Shown piece by piece: positions 53,117 to 60,843 of a stretch of 64,000 bases of DNA. Below the pieces are notes generated by a model. That model made no database searches and had not been told where the DNA came from. It saw only the letters and a program-made list of their open reading frames with translations. Made by a program: the position numbers and the translations under genes. The stretch is from positions 11,873-75,872 of IMG/VR virus record IMGVR_UViG_3300016371_000007. One strand, 5' to 3'. The first letter of the stretch is position 1. Each line of letters opens with the position of its first letter. The DNA is from a virus. Its lineage: Duplodnaviria > Caudoviricetes.

Positions 53117-54213
53117 GTTCAGCCATGCCTCAGACCTATACCCAGCCCCAGTACTATCCAGCGACATCGCTGCCATTCCTCTCCGAGGAAGAGATCGCGC
53201 TTTTAAAGCGCACCGTCCTTTCCAAGTTCCCCGAGGACGAGCAAATGACGTTTATCAGGATCTGCGAGCGCACCAAGCTCGACCCATTCAGCAAGCAGAT
53301 CCACGCCACTAAACGCTACACCAAGGTCACAGATTCCAAGGGTGAGACCAAGAAGGTACCTACACTTGTGCCAGTGACCGGCATCATGGGCCTGACCGCA
53401 GTGGCCGAGCGCACCGGCAACTACGATGGATGCGAGATCAAATGGGCTGGGCCGGACGGAGCATGGCGGGACGAATGGCTGGCCCAAGATCCGCCGGAAG
53501 CCGCCAAATGCACCGTATATCACAAGCAACGTAAACATCCCGAAGTGGCCATTGCTAGGTGGAAAGCCTTTGTCGGGACCGTCTACGACTACGACACCAA
53601 GACTTGGGTAGTTAGTGAATTTTGGGACAAGATGGATGATTACATGTTATCGAAATGCGCCAAGGCCGCTGCGCTTCGTGGCGCGTTCCCGGATCCCTTG
53701 AGCAACGTCTACATCCGAGAGGAGCTAGAGTCACACCTGACCGATTCCGAGGCCGACCTGGACGCCGCCGAGGCCGCTGTCAGGAAAGGTATCGAGGAAG
53801 CCAGTAAAGCCGCCCAGGAAGAGGTGAAGGTCAAGCCCAAGAAGGCCCAGGCCCCCGTGGAAGCACCGCCGGAGCCTAAGCCCACGGTTGTCCCACCCCC
53901 GCTGCCGGAGGAGCCAGAAGCACCGCCCACAACGCCACCGGAAAGCTACGGCCCAAGCGCTGATTTCGAGACAGCGCCAGCCAGTGACGGTCAAGCTACT
54001 CCCTGGAAGGAACACACGATATTAGGCTTGAGACACGCCAAGTTCCACAAGCGCAAGATCGGAGAACTGAGTCTGCCGGAGCTACAGGTACTGGAACAGC
54101 AGTGGATTCCGATAATCCGGGAGAAATGGGAAGAGGCCAACGATTACCAAAAAGCTGACGTGGCAGCCCTGGAATCCGCCATTGCCTTCCATAAGATGGA
54201 CATCCATCAATGA
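53113..54213 (+). CDS. bet: Bet/RecT single-strand annealing protein
   Basis: FI.ICERTKLDPFSKQI, TGIMG...VAERTG.YDG, A.C.VY, W.KM...ML.KCA.AAALR.AFP...S.VY..EE. Confidence 0.88.
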   Translation: MSSAMPQTYTQPQYYPATSLPFLSEEEIALLKRTVLSKFPEDEQMTFIRICERTKLDPFSKQIHATKRYTKVTDSKGETKKVPTLVPVTGIMGLTAVAERTGNYDGCEIKWAGPDGAWRDEWLAQDPPEAAKCTVYHKQRKHPEVAIARWKAFVGTVYDYDTKTWVVSEFWDKMDDYMLSKCAKAAALRGAFPDPLSNVYIREELESHLTDSEADLDAAEAAVRKGIEEASKAAQEEVKVKPKKAQAPVEAPPEPKPTVVPPPLPEEPEAPPTTPPESYGPSADFETAPASDGQATPWKEHTILGLRHAKFHKRKIGELSLPELQVLEQQWIPIIREKWEEANDYQKADVAALESAIAFHKMDIHQ

Positions 54214-55094
54214 AAGAAATTTTAGCCAAAGACAATAGTCGCCTCCTCGTCCTGGAGGAGTGCGAGAAAAAGATCGGGAACTACTTCCGCCGTGGCCTCG
54301 AAGCCACGGTCGGGATTGGCCAGCAGTTACGTAAAATCAATGATCTGGAGCTGTACCTGGAGCGCGGCTGCCGCTCTATCAATGAGTACGCCCAGGATTG
54401 TCACGGCCTCAATGCCCAGGCAACAACGCGCTTTATTGGAATCTCCCAGTCAGCAGAACTGTTCAAAAGTAAGGGCATCGAGCTACCGGCCAACGAGACC
54501 CAGCTGGCCGAGCTGGCCCGCCTGGAGCCGGACAGACAGCTCGAAACCTGGGAGCTAGTGAAGAAAGCCGCCGAGGTCAGGGAAGAAACGGTCACGGCGG
54601 CCAACGTGCGAACGGCGGTGGATAACGCCAAGGTAGTCAAGCTGGCTCCAAGCCCCCAGCCCGCGCCCAGGAAGTCATTGGAGGAGCCCGATCTCGATCT
54701 GGGATCACTTGCACCTGACTCTGAACAGAACGGCTCTACGGGGCGTATAGAGGTTCCCCGGATCAGCTTGAGCGAGGACGGCGAGGAGGCCCTGGAACGG
54801 ATCCGGCGCACCTGCGGTGAGGTGGTGGCAGAGGCCATCGAAGGTCACCGGATCCAGATCTCGGAACGGGAACTGATCCTGTGGGCCAACCAGGAGGACC
54901 CAAACCTTCTGACTCACTACGTTGCCGAGCGAGGATGGAGCGTCTCCAAAGCTATCGGGTTCGAAACCCAGACCGTAACCGAGAACACCAAGCTCTCGAA
55001 GCTCTTCATCCTGGCCATCGCCAACGGCGGCCACTTCGAGGTTGACATGGAAACAGCAACCGTCTCCGTCGATATGGCTGAATCCGATGCGTAA
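54210..55094 (+). CDS. Hypothetical DNA-associated protein (DUF3102-related pattern)
   Basis: L..CE.KI......IG..LR.I.D..LY......P.NE.QL..L..L.P..Q..W...VTA..V. Confidence 0.55.
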   Translation: MKEILAKDNSRLLVLEECEKKIGNYFRRGLEATVGIGQQLRKINDLELYLERGCRSINEYAQDCHGLNAQATTRFIGISQSAELFKSKGIELPANETQLAELARLEPDRQLETWELVKKAAEVREETVTAANVRTAVDNAKVVKLAPSPQPAPRKSLEEPDLDLGSLAPDSEQNGSTGRIEVPRISLSEDGEEALERIRRTCGEVVAEAIEGHRIQISERELILWANQEDPNLLTHYVAERGWSVSKAIGFETQTVTENTKLSKLFILAIANGGHFEVDMETATVSVDMAESDA

Positions 55095-55119
55095 GTCCTT
55101 GCAAATCAGCAAAAATCCC

Positions 55120-55150
55120 TCCGTAACGGAAGATCTGAAACGTTGCGCAT
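55120..55150 (+). promoter_or_regulatory. Repeated site E with inverted TCCGTAACGGAA half
   Basis: AAACGTTGCGCAT at 55138-55150 overlaps an ATG; palindrome half at 55120-55131. Confidence 0.55.
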
Positions 55151-55454
55151 GAAGCAGAAAATGCAGATCGGCCAAGCGCTCCAGGTCGAGGTGATCTGGT
55201 ACGACCAGCTGCCTGTCCCGCCAGCAGAGGATCATATGACTGGCGAGATTATCGGCTGGCGGCCCACCCAGGTCATCGTCCGGGTACCTAACTATGCAGT
55301 CCTGCGGTTTTGGAAGTCTACCGGCCTAGAGGTCGGCAATGGGGCGCATGAGCGCCGGGGCTACCGCATTAGCCTCGACGCTCTGGCCGAGTCAGTTAAA
55401 CCCAACCTTGGCGTGGAGGTAGACCTGGATGGCGAAATGTCCTCATTGCAATAA
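55149..55454 (+). CDS. Hypothetical protein
   Basis: ATG overlapping site E. Confidence 0.6.
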   Translation: MKQKMQIGQALQVEVIWYDQLPVPPAEDHMTGEIIGWRPTQVIVRVPNYAVLRFWKSTGLEVGNGAHERRGYRISLDALAESVKPNLGVEVDLDGEMSSLQ

Positions 55455-55587
55455 GATCCTGGCTGATGAGTGGGTGAAAAAGGAGGGCGCGTCCCTAATG
55501 GGCAAGGCGGCGAAGGGCAAAGCCAAGCGCCGGAGAAATGCCGCCGCTGCCGCCCGCACACGCTGGAAAAAGAAAGAGGACGATTGA
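55429..55587 (+). CDS. Small basic CxxC protein (52 aa, MAKCPHCNK...AKRRRNAAAAARTRWKK)
   Basis: Not in the track; hand-translated. Confidence 0.6.
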   Translation: MAKCPHCNKILADEWVKKEGASLMGKAAKGKAKRRRNAAAAARTRWKKKEDD

Positions 55588-55722
55588 TTCTCTGCTCAAA
55601 CAATTCGCTTGCATAATGTCTGCCAATAGACGAAATTACTCTACTGGAAGGAGGGCCAACACTAAGGGGACGGAGCTTAAAATACCGATCCACGACTCAC
55701 GGCCCTCTGACCAGCCAATAGT

Positions 55723-57288
55723 ATGCAAGCCACAACCAAGAAAAGATTCCGCGATTACCAGGAGGAAGCCAGTAATGCCATCCTCACTGCCTGGAATAAG
55801 GGCCAGAATAACATTGTAGCGCTAGCGACCGGGGGCGGGAAGACCCTCATCGCTGCCGGTACTGCGGCCCGCGTTCAGGGTCGCGTCTTATTTCTCGCGA
55901 ACCGCAATGAACTCTGTGTGCAGCCGCTGGCTGTCTTCACAGATCAACTGGGCTACGTTCCGGCCCTGGAAAAGGCCGACTCCTATGCGCCTCTGGACGC
56001 ACGAGTCGTCATCGGCTCTGTCCAAACCCTCACCCGGAAAGCACGCCTGGAGCGCTTCCCGAAGGATCACTTTTCCTATATCTTCGCTGACGAGTGTCAC
56101 CTCTCGCTAGCCGAGAGCTGGAAACGCATCTTCAGCCACTTCGCAACCGCCAAGCGGTGCGGCATCACGGCCACGCCATTCCGGTCGGATAACAAATCGC
56201 TTACCGAGCTGTTTGAGACCGAGGCCTACCGCAAAGGCATATTTGATTTGGTCGACACCGGCTACTTGGTGAACCCGGATCACGTAGATCGCTTGACCAC
56301 GGCTATCTCCCTGGCCGAGGTTCGCATCCGACGCACCACGGAGGGGGTAGACTATGATCCAAACGATGCCGCAGACGCTATTCAACCTTACTTCCGGGAG
56401 ATCGCCCGCGAGATCAAGGCCAAGCATAGCCAGAAGAAAATTCTGGCTTTCCTCCCTCTCGTTGCCAGCAGTCAGAAATTTGTCGCCGCCTGCCAAGCCG
56501 AGGGATTAGCCGCTGTTCATATTGACGGCGAGGACGAGCAGCGGGACGAGAAGCTGGAGCTGTTCAGACAGGGCAAGATCCAGTTGCTATCGAACGCCGC
56601 GCTGCTCTCCACCGGCGTGGACATCCCATGCTGCGACTGCACCCTGAACTTGCGGCCCACCCGGAGCCGGGTTCTTTACCAACAAATTGTTGGCCGGAGC
56701 ACCAGGACACTGCCTGGGGTGATCGATGGCATTCCTGATATCGCCAAACGCCTGGAAGCCATCCGCAATTCCGCGAAGCCGCAGGCCTATATCTTAGACC
56801 CTTTGTGGCTCTCGGAGGATCACAGCTTGGTGACTCCGGCCAGCCTGATCGCTCAAACCGAAGAGGAAGCCGAAGCCATGCGCTCACGCGCGACCGGCAG
56901 CTACTCCCTCCGCTACGTACAACGCCAAATCCAGCTTGAAAGAGAGGAGAGCATCCGCCGCCGCCTAGAAGCGACGGCCCGGTTTCGCGAAGGCCGGATT
57001 ACTGCCGAACTCTTCGCAGCGGGAACCCATGATCGGGACCTCCTCAATTACCAGCCTGTCTACGCCTGGGAACGCCAACCGGCAACGAAGTTCTCGCGCC
57101 TCCTCCTTGAACAGAGGGGGATCGACCCGGACTCAGTCCAAGGCGAAGGGCACGCTCGCGCTCTCATTGCTGCGGTCAATCGGCGGCGTTACCGGAAACT
57201 GCCTGAAATTCGGGCTCTCGCTGCTGCTGCTGCTGCTGAAGCGGCGGATCTCTGGACACTCACGGCGATACAGGCGGGGAGGTACTAA
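55723..57288 (+). CDS. Superfamily II DEAD/DEAH-like helicase
   Basis: FRDYQEEA, ALATGGGKT, IFADECH, GITATPFR, STGVDIP, YQQIVGRSTR. Confidence 0.92.
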   Translation: MQATTKKRFRDYQEEASNAILTAWNKGQNNIVALATGGGKTLIAAGTAARVQGRVLFLANRNELCVQPLAVFTDQLGYVPALEKADSYAPLDARVVIGSVQTLTRKARLERFPKDHFSYIFADECHLSLAESWKRIFSHFATAKRCGITATPFRSDNKSLTELFETEAYRKGIFDLVDTGYLVNPDHVDRLTTAISLAEVRIRRTTEGVDYDPNDAADAIQPYFREIAREIKAKHSQKKILAFLPLVASSQKFVAACQAEGLAAVHIDGEDEQRDEKLELFRQGKIQLLSNAALLSTGVDIPCCDCTLNLRPTRSRVLYQQIVGRSTRTLPGVIDGIPDIAKRLEAIRNSAKPQAYILDPLWLSEDHSLVTPASLIAQTEEEAEAMRSRATGSYSLRYVQRQIQLEREESIRRRLEATARFREGRITAELFAAGTHDRDLLNYQPVYAWERQPATKFSRLLLEQRGIDPDSVQGEGHARALIAAVNRRRYRKLPEIRALAAAAAAEAADLWTLTAIQAGRY

Positions 57289-57294
57289 AAGACT

Positions 57295-57816
57295 ATGGAA
57301 CTAGAAAAACTAATCGAGATCGCCTACGAAATGGCGTCTAAGAAACTCATCACAAGTAAGGAGGAACTGCTTCCCATGTTCCTCCTGTCTAAGGAGGGCG
57401 GCAGCTGCGATGTCATCGGCTGCCCTTGGAAAGACAACCAAGACAAACAGGACGCCGTCCGGGAAGTGGGCCTCCATATCATCCGTAGCGATGACAAGGT
57501 GCAGGCTTACTCGCTCCTAAGCGAGTGCTGGACAAGCGCCTACAAGGTGGGCGAGAAAGCGCGAGCCGACCGGCCAGAGAATGATCCCCAGCGCCAGGAA
57601 TGCGTTGTCTGCCTCGCTAGCGATGGCGACGAGCATCTCTTCTACTCCTGGAAGATAGGCCGGGACCGGCGTGGCTACTGCGTCAGCCTGACCGGCGAAT
57701 CGAAGCCCTGGGGCCAACAGGACGGCTCCTGGATGATCGAGGCCCTGGATAAGGCCATGCAACTTAAAGATCACATGGAGGCCATGAAAAAGGAGATCAT
57801 GGAGGGCCGGGGATGA
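57295..57816 (+). CDS. Hypothetical protein (173 aa)
   Basis: Protein-like ORF in the operon. Confidence 0.7.
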   Translation: MELEKLIEIAYEMASKKLITSKEELLPMFLLSKEGGSCDVIGCPWKDNQDKQDAVREVGLHIIRSDDKVQAYSLLSECWTSAYKVGEKARADRPENDPQRQECVVCLASDGDEHLFYSWKIGRDRRGYCVSLTGESKPWGQQDGSWMIEALDKAMQLKDHMEAMKKEIMEGRG

Positions 57817-57962
57817 TTCCTAAAATCATCCTAGCTCTCCTCCTGGGCTGGCTAGTGGGTTTCATGGCTTTCTTTTTCCTCCCAGGCAACTGGCACTTCA
57901 GCGCCCCGCTCTGGGCTTTCTCCTCAACCCTCGCTTTCCTTCGCATCACCGATGGAGCCTGA
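57813..57962 (+). CDS. Small membrane protein (49 aa)
   Basis: Not in the track; ATGA overlap; hydrophobic. Confidence 0.55.
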   Translation: MIPKIILALLLGWLVGFMAFFFLPGNWHFSAPLWAFSSTLAFLRITDGA

Positions 57963-58359
57963 AGCCGAACGCTTGTACCGGATCTACTCGACCTGGAGCG
58001 GAGGCTTGCACCACTGGTGCGCCACGCGGCTGGGCCGTCATGTGGATGCTGAGTTTTTCCCTCTCACCTGGAAGTTCAAGGTCTATTCCGGCAACGCCCA
58101 GGAGGAGCTGTCCCTCTCCGGCCTCCCAGGTCTCACCCGGCCCAAGGATGAGCTTTCATTCACCCTTCAGCTGCCCAAGCCGGAGGACGAGCCGACCGAT
58201 TCCGACCTGGACAAGACATTCAAAAACATCTGTCTGGCGACCGCCAAAATGCTGGAGCTGGACCTGGGCGTGCCTAAGCTGACCGGAATCAAGAAACCAA
58301 GGAAAGGCTATGGGAATCCGCGTAGAATTGAGCCCCCACCTCCTGAATCTGATGAATGA
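57952..58359 (+). CDS. Hypothetical protein
   Basis: Overlapping operon ORF. Confidence 0.6.
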   Translation: MEPEAERLYRIYSTWSGGLHHWCATRLGRHVDAEFFPLTWKFKVYSGNAQEELSLSGLPGLTRPKDELSFTLQLPKPEDEPTDSDLDKTFKNICLATAKMLELDLGVPKLTGIKKPRKGYGNPRRIEPPPPESDE

Positions 58360-58795
58360 TAAAGACCGAGAGTGGGTCGAGCGAGAATGCAAGTTCCAGG
58401 GTAAACCCATGCCCAGGAATTACGATGAATCGACCGCCAAGGATCCCAAGCTCCAGATCCACCCGGAGCCCAAGCAGGATATCCCGGAGCGCAAACAGCA
58501 GGCCGACTTTGCCAACTGGCTACTCCTCCAAAACTCGAATGGCCGGGATATTCCCTTTTGCTGGCACGCCACTCACACCCGCTCCAAAGCGAGCCCTGGA
58601 ACGCCAGATTTCTGGGTCGGAATCAACCGGCACAGTATGTGGATCGAATTCAAAAAAGACTACAGCCAGGAACTGAGTCCAGAGCAGGAAGAGTTCCGGC
58701 GAAAATGCGAAGTTCAATGCTGCGAATGGCACATCGCTTACTCGTGTGCTGAGGCCATCAAAATTGTCAACGAAGCCGATAAACTCACCTTTTGA
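58352..58795 (+). CDS. VRR-NUC (PD-(D/E)xK) nuclease
   Basis: PGTPDFWV.....WIEFK....LSPEQEEF. Confidence 0.82.
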   Translation: MNDKDREWVERECKFQGKPMPRNYDESTAKDPKLQIHPEPKQDIPERKQQADFANWLLLQNSNGRDIPFCWHATHTRSKASPGTPDFWVGINRHSMWIEFKKDYSQELSPEQEEFRRKCEVQCCEWHIAYSCAEAIKIVNEADKLTF

Positions 58796-59153
58796 CGACT
58801 GGGAGCCGGTCTATTCCTATCTGATTCCGACTCGCAAACGACGACGGCGCTGTCTCGAATTCAGGCGCAATTTGAGTTGGGACGGCACCCTCCAGAACAA
58901 GGCAGCGGCCCGCGACGATGACCCGGACACCAGCAAGGACGCCGCCGAGTCGATCCCGGACCTGGACGTATTCCTTGCCAAATTCCTGGTTGATCGGATC
59001 CTGGGCCGCAACGGCGGGACTGTCGTTTCAATCGAACTAAGGGAAGAAGCGATGGCCGGAATTGCCGCCGGATTAATCGACACAAAAGGCTATCCGGTCC
59101 ACGTCCGGGCCGAGTCAATCCGCCGCCGTTTTAGCGATCTTTGCCCTGATTGA
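58746..59153 (+). CDS. Hypothetical protein (start uncertain)
   Basis: AARDDDPDTSKDAA motif is common in small phage HTH proteins. Confidence 0.55.
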   Translation: MLRPSKLSTKPINSPFDDWEPVYSYLIPTRKRRRRCLEFRRNLSWDGTLQNKAAARDDDPDTSKDAAESIPDLDVFLAKFLVDRILGRNGGTVVSIELREEAMAGIAAGLIDTKGYPVHVRAESIRRRFSDLCPD

Positions 59154-59327
59154 CAGTTGTCGCTCATGAGGCTTTTCAGTTTTACGCCACTTGATTTCTC
59201 CTCCACTGTCATCCTCCCATCGGATTATCTCGGTGATCATCCACCAGCCCAGCTTGCCCTCGGGATCCCGTCGCGGGACTACCATGCCCACGCGAGCATC
59301 TTCGAGGGAGACATGTTGCTCTTTCAT
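59115..59327 (-). CDS. Hypothetical protein (70 aa)
   Basis: Likely start MKEQHV. Confidence 0.5.
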   Translation of the reverse strand: MKEQHVSLEDARVGMVVPRRDPEGKLGWWMITEIIRWEDDSGGEIKWRKTEKPHERQLSIRAKIAKTAAD

Positions 59328-59364
59328 TCTGCTGCTTTGACGTTGGGTTGGTCTAGCTCCTTGG

Positions 59365-59580
59365 CTAAGTGTTGGGTCGCCCGTTGCACAGCGCACAGCG
59401 TTCGCTTTTCATGTGAGCGACTGGAGTGTACTCTGTTTCTTTCTTATCGGTCAAGGTCCTGACCCAGTAGAGGCCTTGGCCGTTGATTGCAGCAACAGGC
59501 TGCGATGGCGGCTCAACAGCAGGCAGCTCAAGGCCAGCTTGATGACCGTCATCAGGCCAAAAAGACATGTAAACAGCCAA
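59365..59580 (-). CDS. Small ORF ending in a partial copy of the HiPIP-like gene
   Basis: KKETEYTPVAHMKSERCALC versus KKETEYTPEAHMKAQQCGKC. Confidence 0.45.
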   Translation of the reverse strand: MAVYMSFWPDDGHQAGLELPAVEPPSQPVAAINGQGLYWVRTLTDKKETEYTPVAHMKSERCALCNGRPNT

Positions 59581-59606
59581 TTCCGCCTTTCCTGTCCGAT
59601 TCCTGT

Positions 59607-60017
59607 ATGCGCAACGTTTAGTAGGATAGATTTAGGACAATGCGCAACGTTTCATAGGACCAAATGAGATATTATCGGATATTACGTAAAAAGTCGCTTC
59701 CCGGCCCCAGGAGGCTCGTAGAGACATTTTACTATACCGGCAGATGCATGGTCCGAGCGCTAGAATCGCCTTATAGAGCGTTTTCCAAAAATCGAAAACG
59801 TTGCGCATTTTCCGTTACGGAACTAAAAATGTACCGGCCAGACCCGTACAATTCCGACATTACGCACAAAACCACACATCCACTTGACAGGTGCGGCTTC
59901 CTCCTCTCCCCTTATGGATCCCCTCTCCTCTTTTCCCCCTCCTGCCGGAGGCCCCGCAGGATTTTTTTCGGTTTTTAAAAAAAGTTGCTCAGTTCGTCTC
60001 GGCACAACGTTGCGCAT
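59607..60017. repeat. Cluster of four AACGTTGCGCAT sites (two inverted, two forward); candidate origin or control region
   Basis: 59607-59619 and 59640-59652 (minus), 59796-59808 with TTCCGTTACGGAA, and 60006-60017. Confidence 0.7.
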
Positions 60018-60082
60018 AGATTTGAAAAAGTCCTATGAAACGCTAGGTTGCAGATGTTAGCCCCCCGCGCAAAATTACAGAG

Positions 60083-60574
60083 GTGCCCCCTATGCCGCCC
60101 AAGAAAAAACCGATTAATGCTGGCCAGCAGTTTTTCAGCGAAGTTCAGAAAGCTGTAGAAGACTCTTATAAGTCACGTCCCAGGGGCATGCCTTGCCTGG
60201 AAGTCCTGACAACCGAGATGAAACGCCTGGGCTTGCCCGCGAGCGATGCCGAGTATCTCTATGATGCTTGGCTAGCCAACGGCTTTGTGACCGGCAAACA
60301 TCGGATCAGGAGCTGGAAGGCTGCCCTTCGCAATTGGTTCCGCAATGGCTGGCTGCCCTCACAGAAAGGGATCCGGCCCGGACAACCAGACGAATCCTAC
60401 CCCAGCTATGAACGAGTCCAGGCGTGGTGCTCCAGGAAGAACGTAAGCAAGATGACGGCTCGCGCCTGGGGGGAGCTGATGACCGGACGATTCCGAGGTA
60501 AGCCGATCACGAATGAAGTGGACTTCGATGCCGCCCTAGAAGTAATTAGGGCGCAATGGATGAAGGAACCTTAG
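60083..60574 (+). CDS. Replication-initiator-type C-terminal domain protein
   Basis: P..E.L...M..LG....DAE..YD.W.ANG...GK..I.SWKAALRNW pattern. Confidence 0.55.
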   Translation: MPPMPPKKKPINAGQQFFSEVQKAVEDSYKSRPRGMPCLEVLTTEMKRLGLPASDAEYLYDAWLANGFVTGKHRIRSWKAALRNWFRNGWLPSQKGIRPGQPDESYPSYERVQAWCSRKNVSKMTARAWGELMTGRFRGKPITNEVDFDAALEVIRAQWMKEP

Positions 60575-60843
60575 CCCCCCTGGAACAAGCACTTATGGAT
60601 AAAACTCCAGACCTGCGGCTCCCTTGGGAGGCCATCGAGTTCGAGCAGGCCGCACTGACAGGATTCGGCAGCCCGCGAGCCTGCTACCTAGTAGAAGATA
60701 GCCGGGGCATTATCATTGCCATGTTTGAAGACTTGGCTATGGCCCAGGAGGTAGTACGAATAGTGAATGGATCTCCTGGAGTTGCGACGAAACTGCGGCG
60801 ACGGCTCAGACGAGGAGCTAGTAAAAGCCGTCTCCGCGATTGA
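60556..60843 (+). CDS. Hypothetical protein
   Basis: Bridges the rep-like gene and terL. Confidence 0.5.
   Translation: MDEGTLAPLEQALMDKTPDLRLPWEAIEFEQAALTGFGSPRACYLVEDSRGIIIAMFEDLAMAQEVVRIVNGSPGVATKLRRRLRRGASKSRLRD

Noticed and set aside
22261-59456. TTATCGG(TCAAG) motif near several promoters (22261, 38719, 41074, 59444)
   Set aside because: Only 7-12 bp with mixed orientation and partly explained by the -35 TTGACC; too weak without a computed background.
59664-59978. 104-aa plus-strand ORF in the motif cluster
   Set aside because: Composition is not protein-like, it overlaps regulatory repeats, and it has no coupling to neighbours.
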